Shown here in pieces: positions 8,657 through 14,950 of a stretch of 34,250 nucleotides of DNA; the stretch's first letter is position 1; the number at the start of each line of letters is the position of its first letter. The notes beneath the pieces are model-generated. The model was given only the letters and a program-made list of their open reading frames with translations. It was not told where the DNA came from and did not search any database. Both the position numbers and the translations under genes were made by a program. Source of the stretch: an uncultured Gammaproteobacteria bacterium (GTDB lineage Bacteria; Patescibacteriota; Patescibacteriia; UBA2591; UBA6264); the NCBI GenBank assembly GCA_964642485.1, contig CAZXPA010000002.1, positions 1 to 34,250 of the forward strand. Direction: 5' to 3'.

Positions 8657-9790
8657 TTATTTTACCATTGAAGCTATTTTTTTTGTCAAATTCTTTTCAA
8701 AAATATTAGGAATAACTTTTTGCGGTCTTGGATTTTTCACCAATGAGGCTAATTTTTTAGCCGCAGCAATTTTAATCTTATTGGTAATCTTTAAAACTCC
8801 ATTATCTATGGCCCCTTTAAAAATCCCCGGGAAAACTAAAGCATTATTAATCTGATTTGGAAAATCAGAACGACCAGTAGCAACAACTTTTGCTCCTGCT
8901 TGTTTAGCTAAATCTGGCATTATTTCTGGAACTGGATTAGCTAAAGCAAAAATTATAGCATTTTTATTCATTGTTCTGGCCCACTCTTTTTTTAAAACAC
9001 CAGCGCAAGAAACTCCAATAAAAACATCTTTGCCAAAAATAACATCCTTAAGCTTACCTTTTGCTCTCTTATGATTAGTCATTTTAGCAATCTCTTTTTT
9101 AGCAAAATTTAAATTAGGCCTTCCTTTGTAAATCGTTCCTTTACTGTCTAAAACAACAATATCTCTGGCCCCACAACTTAAAAAAATTTTAGTTATAGCA
9201 ATCCCTGCCGCTCCAGCACCATTAACGATAATCTTTACTTGCTTAATATTCTTATTTACTATCTTTAAAGCATTAATTAAAGCAGCTAAAACAACTATTG
9301 CTCCTCCATGCTGATCATCATGAAAAACAGGAATATCAAGCTCAGCAATTAATTGTTTTTCAATTTTAAAACATTCTGGAGCCGCAATATCTTCTAGGTT
9401 TATGCCCCCAAAACCAGGAGCAATTGCCTTAACAGCTTTGACAATTTCATTGCTTTTTTTCAAATCCAAACAAATTGGATAAGCGTCAATATTAGCAAAT
9501 TTTTTAAATAATAAACATTTACCTTCCATAACTGGCAAAGCTGCCTGAGGACCAATATCACCAAGCCCTAAAACTGCGGTTCCATTAGTAACAACAGCCA
9601 CACTATTTCCTTTTATAGTATATTTATAAATATTTTTAACGTCCTTAAAAATCTCTCTACAGGGCTGAGCTACTCCCGGAGTATAAGCAATGCTTAAATC
9701 TCTTTTATTTTTAAGAGGTAGTTTTGGTTTTATTTCTAATTTACCTCTTTTTTTTCGATGTTGTTTTAATGATTCTTTAAAATAATCCAT
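8657..9790 (-). CDS. NAD(P)-dependent malic enzyme (short MaeB-like form)
   Basis: Motifs DLSIAYTPGVAQPC and TNGTAVLGLGDIGPQAALPVMEGKCLLFK, plus Rossmann motif VNGAGAAG. The ATG at 9790 is preferred over the TTG at 9826. Confidence 0.9.
   Translation of the reverse strand: MDYFKESLKQHRKKRGKLEIKPKLPLKNKRDLSIAYTPGVAQPCREIFKDVKNIYKYTIKGNSVAVVTNGTAVLGLGDIGPQAALPVMEGKCLLFKKFANIDAYPICLDLKKSNEIVKAVKAIAPGFGGINLEDIAAPECFKIEKQLIAELDIPVFHDDQHGGAIVVLAALINALKIVNKNIKQVKIIVNGAGAAGIAITKIFLSCGARDIVVLDSKGTIYKGRPNLNFAKKEIAKMTNHKRAKGKLKDVIFGKDVFIGVSCAGVLKKEWARTMNKNAIIFALANPVPEIMPDLAKQAGAKVVATGRSDFPNQINNALVFPGIFKGAIDNGVLKITNKIKIAAAKKLASLVKNPRPQKVIPNIFEKNLTKKIASMVK
8659..8667 (-). promoter_or_regulatory. Extended -10 box TGgTAAAAT upstream of the Trx-CcdA gene
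   Basis: Minus-sense sequence aatggtaaaat; 14 nt separate the box from the ATG at 8644. Confidence 0.4.
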
Positions 9791-9881
9791 AAGAATAAAG
9801 AAGTTTTTACCTATAACCTCCCTCAAAATAACATTATAAAGTCTGACACAATTCTATAAAAAATCAATCTCTTATACACTA

Positions 9882-9910
9882 TTTACAAAATAAAATTTAT
9901 ATGATAGAAT
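9882..9910 (+). promoter_or_regulatory. Candidate sigma70-like promoter of the tRNA-Phe/GIY-YIG locus
   Basis: TTTACA (9882-9887), 17-nt spacer, TAGAAT (9905-9910). Confidence 0.45.
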
Positions 9911-9945
9911 TGTCCATAGTTAATAATTACAACTTTGTCGCAAAA

Positions 9946-10018
9946 GCCGAGGTAGCTCAGTGGTACCTGCCTGCCGGCAGGCAGGCCTGCCTGCCGGCAG
10001 GCAGGGAGCAAATGGCTG
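9946..10018 (+). pseudogene. Disrupted 5' half of tRNA-Phe (positions 1-34)
   Basis: gccgaggtagctcagtggta, then a 40-nt palindrome insert, then gagcaaatggctg. This matches nt 1-34 of the downstream tRNA-Phe except for two stem bases. Confidence 0.8.
9966..10005. repeat. Two tandem perfect 20-nt palindromes (cctgcctgccggcaggcagg x2)
   Basis: Read directly from the sequence. The insert sits in the D-loop of the tRNA-Phe 5' fragment. Confidence 0.95.
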
Positions 10019-10031
10019 GTTTCAAATTTCT

Positions 10032-10274
10032 ATGACTTATAAAGTCTACGCTATTAAAAATAAAAAGGGAAGGATTTATATTGGACTAACAAAAAACATA
10101 AATCAACGATTAAAAGATCATAATAGTGGAAAAGTTTTTTCAACAAAAGGTTATAGACCGTGGGATTTATTTTATAATGAATTTTGTACAGATAGGATTA
10201 AAGCGCGGAAACGCGAAAAATTTTTAAAATCAGGCTGTGGTAAAGAATTTCTTAAAAAACTCATGCCGAGGTAG
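10032..10274 (+). CDS. Small GIY-YIG nuclease-family protein (80 aa)
   Basis: YKVYAIKNKKGRIYIGLTKNINQRLKDHNSG...REKFLKSGCG matches the GIY-YIG/UPF0213 pattern. The TAG stop lies inside tRNA-Phe. Confidence 0.85.
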   Translation: MTYKVYAIKNKKGRIYIGLTKNINQRLKDHNSGKVFSTKGYRPWDLFYNEFCTDRIKARKREKFLKSGCGKEFLKKLMPR

Positions 10275-10336
10275 CTCAGTGGTAGAGCAAAAGACTGAAA
10301 ACCATTGTGTCGGCAGTTCGATTCTGCCCCTCGGCA
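10265..10336 (+). tRNA. tRNA-Phe(GAA), no encoded CCA, weakened anticodon stem
   Basis: Acceptor GCCGAGG/CCTCGGC, loop CTGAAAA, T-arm GGCAG-TTCGATT-CTGCC. The anticodon stem AAAGA/CCATT has two mismatches. Confidence 0.75.
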
Positions 10337-10361
10337 CCTATTGATAACTATTATTAACATA

Positions 10362-10392
10362 AAAACCCACTTTTAAGTGGGTTTTTGTTTTG
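10362..10392. terminator. Bidirectional terminator
   Basis: aaaacccac-ttttaa-gtgggtttt, followed by tgttttg. Confidence 0.75.
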
Positions 10393-10431
10393 AAATGGGC
10401 ACTGAGGAATTTGAAACCCCGACCTACTAAA

Positions 10432-10692
10432 TCAAGTATACAAGTTACTGTGACTGTCTATGACGACAAAAATACATTCCTCTTCACTAATAAATTTATA
10501 AACAGCCCTTAAGTCTCCTGTTATATTAATACTCCGATAATCAGTATATTTTCCTTTTAAAGGGTGGTTATTAAGCCGAGAATTAAATGGATTTTTTAAA
10601 AATAATTCTAATCTTTCGCACACTTTTTCCTGTTCTTTTTTCTTTGGTTTCTTATATTGCTTTTCAAAATTCTTGTGAAAACGGATCTTCAT
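10432..10692 (-). CDS. RelE/YafQ-family type II toxin
   Basis: 86 aa with HPLKGKYTDYRSINITGDLRAVY, typical of RelE/ParE-fold toxins. Overlaps the antitoxin gene by 4 nt. Confidence 0.8.
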   Translation of the reverse strand: MKIRFHKNFEKQYKKPKKKEQEKVCERLELFLKNPFNSRLNNHPLKGKYTDYRSINITGDLRAVYKFISEEECIFVVIDSHSNLYT

Positions 10693-10964
10693 AAGGAAGT
10701 CAAATGTTTTTTAAATTCTTTTTTAGAAGAAAAATCACGTGATATATTTCTGTTTCTCTGAATATCAAATTCTATCTTACCTAAAAGCTTTTCCAGTTCC
10801 GGAGACATTTTAGGAGTAATGCTAAAATGAACCTCTTTATTTCTGACAAACTGCTTTAAATAGGCGTTAATAACTGCGCTCAAAGAAAGTCCTATTTCCT
10901 TAGCAAGTTTCTGAGCGCGAGCCTTTACCTCTTTTTCTGTTTTTATATTAATTACTACTCTCAT
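10689..10964 (-). CDS. RelB/DinJ-family antitoxin
   Basis: MRVVINIKTEKEVKARAQKLAKEIGLSLSAVINAYLKQFV resembles a ribbon-helix-helix N-terminus. The ATG at 10964 is preferred over 11000. Confidence 0.7.
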   Translation of the reverse strand: MRVVINIKTEKEVKARAQKLAKEIGLSLSAVINAYLKQFVRNKEVHFSITPKMSPELEKLLGKIEFDIQRNRNISRDFSSKKEFKKHLTSL

Positions 10965-11105
10965 ATACCTAAAGTATATACAATGGTTAATAGATGTCAA
11001 GAGACTATTTGTGGAAAACTTTAAGAACCTGCTCTAAAAATTTTGGCTTCTTTTTGTTATTTTTACTCATTTTGCAGATTGTCGTAGTTTATCATAATAT
11101 AGAAG

Positions 11106-11177
11106 TGGACGGCATAGGATTCGAACCTATAACCCTCGCGATGTAAGCGCGATACTCTACCATTGAGCTAGCCGTCC
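11106..11177 (-). tRNA. tRNA-Val(UAC), no encoded CCA
   Basis: Reverse complement folds as GGACGGC..TCGCG-CTTACAT-CGCGA..ATAGG-TTCGAAT-CCTAT-GCCGTCC-A. Confidence 0.9.
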
Positions 11178-11185
11178 TTGGTGGG

Positions 11186-11268
11186 CCCCGTTAGAAGCGG
11201 CTCGAACCGACAAAATAGCGTATTTTGAACCATCTGTCGAGCTCAAGATACTTCCGCTTCTAACGGGG
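11186..11268 (-). other. 83-nt hairpin with a perfect 15-bp stem in the tRNA-Ala/tRNA-Val spacer
   Basis: ccccgttagaagcgg (11186-11200) pairs with ccgcttctaacgggg (11254-11268). It abuts the tRNA-Ala 3' end. Confidence 0.8.
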
Positions 11269-11339
11269 TGGACCCAGGGAGAGTCGAACTCCCGACTCGT
11301 CCATGCCGAGGACGTGTTTTACCACTAGACTATGGGCCC
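11269..11339 (-). tRNA. tRNA-Ala(GGC) with G3:U70 and an unusual C33
   Basis: GGGCCCA/TGGGTCC acceptor with G3-U70, anticodon arm CGTCC-TCGGCAT-GGACG, T-arm GGGAG-TTCGACT-CTCCC. Confidence 0.75.
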
Positions 11340-11467
11340 GTAATTTGCCTTGCAGATTAACTGTAAACTATAAATGTTAAACCTTAGACCTTTATTTATA
11401 GTCTACTGTTTAAAGTTTAAAGTATTTTCACCTACGGCGAAAAAGTACACTATATTAAAGATAGTTA

Positions 11468-11640
11468 GAACCCTCCTTCGCTAAAGCTTCAGACGGGCAC
11501 AGCTCATTTCGCCGCCTGCCTGCCCGCCAAAGCCTTGGCGACAGAGGGCGGCGGCGAGCAAGCCCCCAAAATTGAACAGCCTGTCCGCCTTTGGCGCGGC
11601 TCCGCCGCGCCGATGACAATTTCAAGTTTTTCTTTAGCGG
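11468..11640. other. GC-rich structured island of unknown function
   Basis: Several GC hairpins (cgccaa-agcc-ttggcg; ggcgcggc-tcc-gccgcgcc) are closed by cgctaaag (11479-11486) pairing with ctttagcg (11632-11639). The background is AT-rich. Confidence 0.5.
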
Positions 11641-11666
11641 CAAATTCTTAAAAAAATTATGAAATA

Positions 11667-12350
11667 TCAATCTTTTTTAATAGCAACTTCTTCTAGCGGC
11701 GAATCTGACTTTAGATTTTCTACTACTCTCTGTGCAACTATTTTAGGATCTAAAAACGTCTCATATCCTTTCGGCTTCTCCTCATCAAAAAAGTTGGTAC
11801 GCATTCCACCCGGGAAAACTCCAACAACAAACACATTTGCATCCCTCGCTTCATTGCGTAGAGATTTTGTAAAACCGATGGCGGCAGATTTACTGGCAAC
11901 ATATCCAGATTTGCCAGTGGGACCTTCGAGCGCGCTCGTGGAAAGGATATTAACTATTGTACCGGACTTTTGTTTTCGCATTTGTACTAGCGCAGCTTTC
12001 GCGCCATACATAGTGCCAAACAGATTTACTTCTATCATTTCATGCGCTCGCTTCATGTCCATTTCTTCTAACGTCGCCAGCGGTATTCGGATACCAGCAT
12101 TATTGACCCAAACATCAATCCACCCAAATTTATCTAAAGCTGTTTTAGCAAGATTTTTAACTTGGTTTTCGTCTTCTACATCCGCTACAACAGAAACCGC
12201 ACCCACTTCTTTAGCAACTGCTTCAAGATCTTCCTGTGTGCGTGAACCTAAAACAAGTTTGGAGCCCTCCCTTGCGAAAACGCGAGCCAACTCTCTGCCA
12301 AGTCCACTACTTGCACCAGTAATTACTACAATCTTATTTTTCAAATCCAT
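11667..12350 (-). CDS. SDR-family oxidoreductase
   Basis: Motifs TGASSGLG, NNAG, and YVASK (YxxxK). The ATG at 12350 (MDLKNKIVVITG) is preferred over 12395. Confidence 0.9.
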   Translation of the reverse strand: MDLKNKIVVITGASSGLGRELARVFAREGSKLVLGSRTQEDLEAVAKEVGAVSVVADVEDENQVKNLAKTALDKFGWIDVWVNNAGIRIPLATLEEMDMKRAHEMIEVNLFGTMYGAKAALVQMRKQKSGTIVNILSTSALEGPTGKSGYVASKSAAIGFTKSLRNEARDANVFVVGVFPGGMRTNFFDEEKPKGYETFLDPKIVAQRVVENLKSDSPLEEVAIKKD

Positions 12351-12489
12351 AAAGATTAAAAATTTTCTTACCCCAAAAATTAAAACGCAGTTCAAGCCGA
12401 TATTTTTAACAGATTCTTTGGTAGTTTTTTAAGATCGCGGCAAGCCCGCCGGCAAGTGGGCGACCCACCAATCGTTGACTTTTTCTCGG

Positions 12490-12575
12490 TGGTGCCCAGG
12501 GCGGGACTCGAACCCGCACGCTCCGAAGAGCACGGCTCCTCAAGCCGCCATGTTTTCCAATTACATCACCTGGGC
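12490..12575 (-). tRNA. tRNA-Leu(GAG), CCA encoded, long variable arm
   Basis: GCCCAGG..GCGGC-TTGAGGA-GCCGT, variable arm gctcttcggagcgt, T-arm GCGGG-TTCGAGT-CCCGC, then CCTGGGC-A-CCA. Confidence 0.9.
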
Positions 12576-13214
12576 TTGTATTTTAAGGATGTTTTCTACT
12601 TTCTTCTGCTTTCTCAAAAGACATGGAACGCCCTCTTTATAATACATTCTTTTCCAAAGAATCTGTGAATCTCTTTTAGCATATTCTAATTGCCACGATC
12701 CTGTAGCTTTAGATATGCCACCTCCTTTAACTTCTGCCAATTGTTCAATTTGATTATGCAGCCATTTAAGATAAGATAAGCTAGCGGAAGTAAATCGGAT
12801 GTTAAACATAAAACTATTTGGCCACCTTTCATCCCAAAAAGAGTGGCAAGAGCCATCTCCGTCAAAGTATCCCCGTAAAAAATCGAAAAAATATTTATCA
12901 GAAATCTTCAACTCGCCAAGCGTCTTACTTTTAGCTGGAGTTAATCCGATTGTGAGAAGGTAGTTATAAAGTATTACGTGGCTAAATTGAAGCCGAGGAC
13001 ACCTTCTTCCATGTCCATCTGATTTATATGCTATTTTAACATCTAAATTCAAACACTCTTTAAACGTTTTTATTAACTGTATATCTTTAGACGTAAAATC
13101 AATATGTCTGCCGTCTTTAGATAAACATCCATCTGCTGTTAATAAACCAATAGCATAAGCAAACTCTGGCGTCCATTTTATTACATAATCTTTGTTCTTT
13201 TGATTACCCCTCAT
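12561..13214 (-). CDS. Free-standing double-motif LAGLIDADG homing endonuclease-like protein
   Basis: Two LAGLIDADG motifs ([11 protein letters not shown] and [11 protein letters not shown]). ATGA overlap with the rplS stop. The last 15 nt lie inside tRNA-Leu. Confidence 0.85.
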   Translation of the reverse strand: MRGNQKNKDYVIKWTPEFAYAIGLLTADGCLSKDGRHIDFTSKDIQLIKTFKECLNLDVKIAYKSDGHGRRCPRLQFSHVILYNYLLTIGLTPAKSKTLGELKISDKYFFDFLRGYFDGDGSCHSFWDERWPNSFMFNIRFTSASLSYLKWLHNQIEQLAEVKGGGISKATGSWQLEYAKRDSQILWKRMYYKEGVPCLLRKQKKVENILKIQAQVM

Positions 13215-13567
13215 TCTTTTATTTCTTTCAGCTTTTTTTTATACTTACTTCGTAAATAATATAGCTTTGCCCTTCTAACTTTATGTTTTTTTACTATTTC
13301 TATTTTTAAAATACCTGGCAAATGCAAGGGGAAAATCTTTTCTACTCCGACCCCACCAGTAGCAATTTTCCGAACAGTAAAAGTAGCACCTGGAGTACTA
13401 CCACCACGCCGAGCAATAACAATGCCCTCAAATATTTGAACTCGTTCTTTCGGCTTGCCTTTAGCGTCTAATTCCTTAATCTTTTGATGAATCCGCACTA
13501 CCATTCCAGGCCTAATTTCAAATAATTCATTTTTTTCTTGTTTTTTTTCTTCGGTCATATTTATCAT
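13211..13567 (-). CDS. rplS: 50S ribosomal protein L19
   Basis: [42 protein letters not shown] is the conserved L19 core. Confidence 0.95.
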   Translation of the reverse strand: MINMTEEKKQEKNELFEIRPGMVVRIHQKIKELDAKGKPKERVQIFEGIVIARRGGSTPGATFTVRKIATGGVGVEKIFPLHLPGILKIEIVKKHKVRRAKLYYLRSKYKKKLKEIKE

Positions 13568-14153
13568 GTTTATTCTTTAAAAAATTTTTAATCATTTGAA
13601 TAGCTTTTTTCTTAATTTTGCTGATACCCTCTTTGTTGTTATCAACAATAAGATCATATATCTTTTTTTGTCTTAAATTAATTCCATAAAGTTGCTGGTA
13701 ACGCTTTTGATCCCCGTTATCTCTCTGCTCAATCATTTCTCTGGCCTGGGAAAGTGTTAAATTATTTCTTTGACTTAGTCTTTTAATTCGAATTGATTTC
13801 CTACAATCAACAAAAATCTTACAATCAGAAAAATCACCAGACGCCCAACCAGCCAACCGGCCAGCAATAACGTAGCCCCCTTTCATAGCAGTCTTTAACA
13901 TCTGCTCATCTATAAAATAATCAACCTTTGCTGGTAAAGTTTTAGATGCCTTTCCTAATGAAATCTTTCTTTTTCTAGCAAATTTTCTCAGGATATCGCC
14001 GGCATTTATGAATTCTAATTTGAAATAACGAGCTATTTCTTTAGCAATTGTATCTTTGCCTGAAGCAGCAAATCCTGAGACAGTGATGGTTAACCCTTTT
14101 TTTCTAATTACTGCTTTTTCGTGTCTTTTTAGAAATTTTAAATATGTTCCCAT
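13527..14153 (-). CDS. cmk: Cytidylate kinase-like P-loop kinase
   Basis: P-loop-like motif [11 protein letters not shown], adjacent to FINAGDILR. About 200 aa, archaeal-type cmk-like. Confidence 0.7.
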   Translation of the reverse strand: MGTYLKFLKRHEKAVIRKKGLTITVSGFAASGKDTIAKEIARYFKLEFINAGDILRKFARKRKISLGKASKTLPAKVDYFIDEQMLKTAMKGGYVIAGRLAGWASGDFSDCKIFVDCRKSIRIKRLSQRNNLTLSQAREMIEQRDNGDQKRYQQLYGINLRQKKIYDLIVDNNKEGISKIKKKAIQMIKNFLKNKHDKYDRRKKTRKK

Positions 14154-14950
14154 TATTGACTATTTTTTAATTTTTTTAAAAAATCATCTAACTCTTTTGG
14201 TAACCCACTTTTAAACTCTTGCCACCTATTATTTAAATCATAAAAACCTAAATAACAAGCATGTAAAAATATTCTCCCTAATTTTTGTTTGGTTGTTAAA
14301 TTGTTTAATTGTTTAATTGAATATCGCCTGTCCCCAACAATTGGACAATTAATTGATTTAAGATGAACTCTTATCTGATGAGTCCGGCCAGTTGCCGGTC
14401 TTACCTGCAAAAGGGTAAAATCCTTAAATTGTTTTTTGATTTTATACCTTGTAAATGCCGGCTTCTCGTCTTTTATCTTTTTTCTATACTGAACAGCAAC
14501 AATTTTCCCTTCTCTAGTTCTAGCTAAAGGTATATCAATTATTCCTCTTTTTTCTAAAGGCCTGCCATGAACTAAAGCTAAATATTCTTTTTTTATCTTA
14601 CCCTGTTTAAACTGCTCAATTAAGACTTGATACATTTTTTCCGTCCGGGCCACAACCATTAAGCCAGAGACATCTCTGTCTAGACGATGGACAATCCCCC
14701 ATCGTCCTGGCTGACCAACCCCTTTTATCTCTGGATAATATTTTAAAAGCAAGTCAACTAAAGTTTTGTCTAAAGAATATTTAACAGGGTGAACCCTGTT
14801 AAATAATTTCGCCCTTGGCGAAATTCCTGCTCCGCAGGATTTAACAGGGTGAACCAATAAACCGGCTGGTTTATCAACTATTAAAAAATTATCATCCTTG
14901 GTCAGGATGTCTAATTTTATATCAAATTTAGGGAAAAAGTCAACTGGCAT
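14153..14950 (-). CDS. RluA-family pseudouridine synthase (no S4 domain)
   Basis: Motifs DKPAGLLVHP, HRLDRDVSGLMVVART and GRTHQIRVHL. Carries a 20-aa in-frame repeat insert directly after LLVHP. Confidence 0.9.
   Translation of the reverse strand: MPVDFFPKFDIKLDILTKDDNFLIVDKPAGLLVHPVKSCGAGISPRAKLFNRVHPVKYSLDKTLVDLLLKYYPEIKGVGQPGRWGIVHRLDRDVSGLMVVARTEKMYQVLIEQFKQGKIKKEYLALVHGRPLEKRGIIDIPLARTREGKIVAVQYRKKIKDEKPAFTRYKIKKQFKDFTLLQVRPATGRTHQIRVHLKSINCPIVGDRRYSIKQLNNLTTKQKLGRIFLHACYLGFYDLNNRWQEFKSGLPKELDDFLKKLKNSQ
14779..14854. repeat. 60-bp palindromic element, copy 2 (inside the rluA-family gene), plus a 16-bp direct repeat
   Basis: atttaacagggtgaac occurs at 14779-14794 and 14839-14854, exactly 60 bp apart. 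Inner hairpins aatttcgcc-cttg-ggcgaaatt and cctgc-tcc-gcagg. Confidence 0.9.

Noticed and set aside
9960-10031. N-terminal 24 codons of the 104-aa ORF 9960..10274 (MVPACRQAGLPAGRQGANGWFQIS)
   Set aside because: This stretch is a translation of the tRNA-Phe fragment and the tandem GC palindromes. The GIY-YIG homology starts at the ATG at 10032.
11186-11268. tRNA, tRNA intron or split-tRNA interpretation of the inter-tRNA hairpin
   Set aside because: No cloverleaf can be drawn. The ggttcgagc string lacks a pairing T-stem, and removing the hairpin does not create a better tRNA-Ala 3' end.
11468-11640. SRP RNA, 6S RNA or RNase P RNA assignment for the GC-rich island
   Set aside because: Neither strand has the SRP helix-8 GGAA/AGCA motifs or the RNase P P4 strings (GAGGAAAGUCC / ACAGAA). 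It is also too short for RNase P. Left unassigned.
11455-11670. 71-aa ORF over the GC-rich island
   Set aside because: The product is Arg/Ala/Gly-rich low-complexity sequence generated by GC palindromes. It has no start context and no family resemblance.
11659-12432. 257-aa plus-strand ORF
   Set aside because: It is fully antisense to a well-supported SDR gene (TGxxxGxG, YxxxK). The sequence is compositionally odd (Ser/Thr/Pro-rich) and matches no recognisable family.
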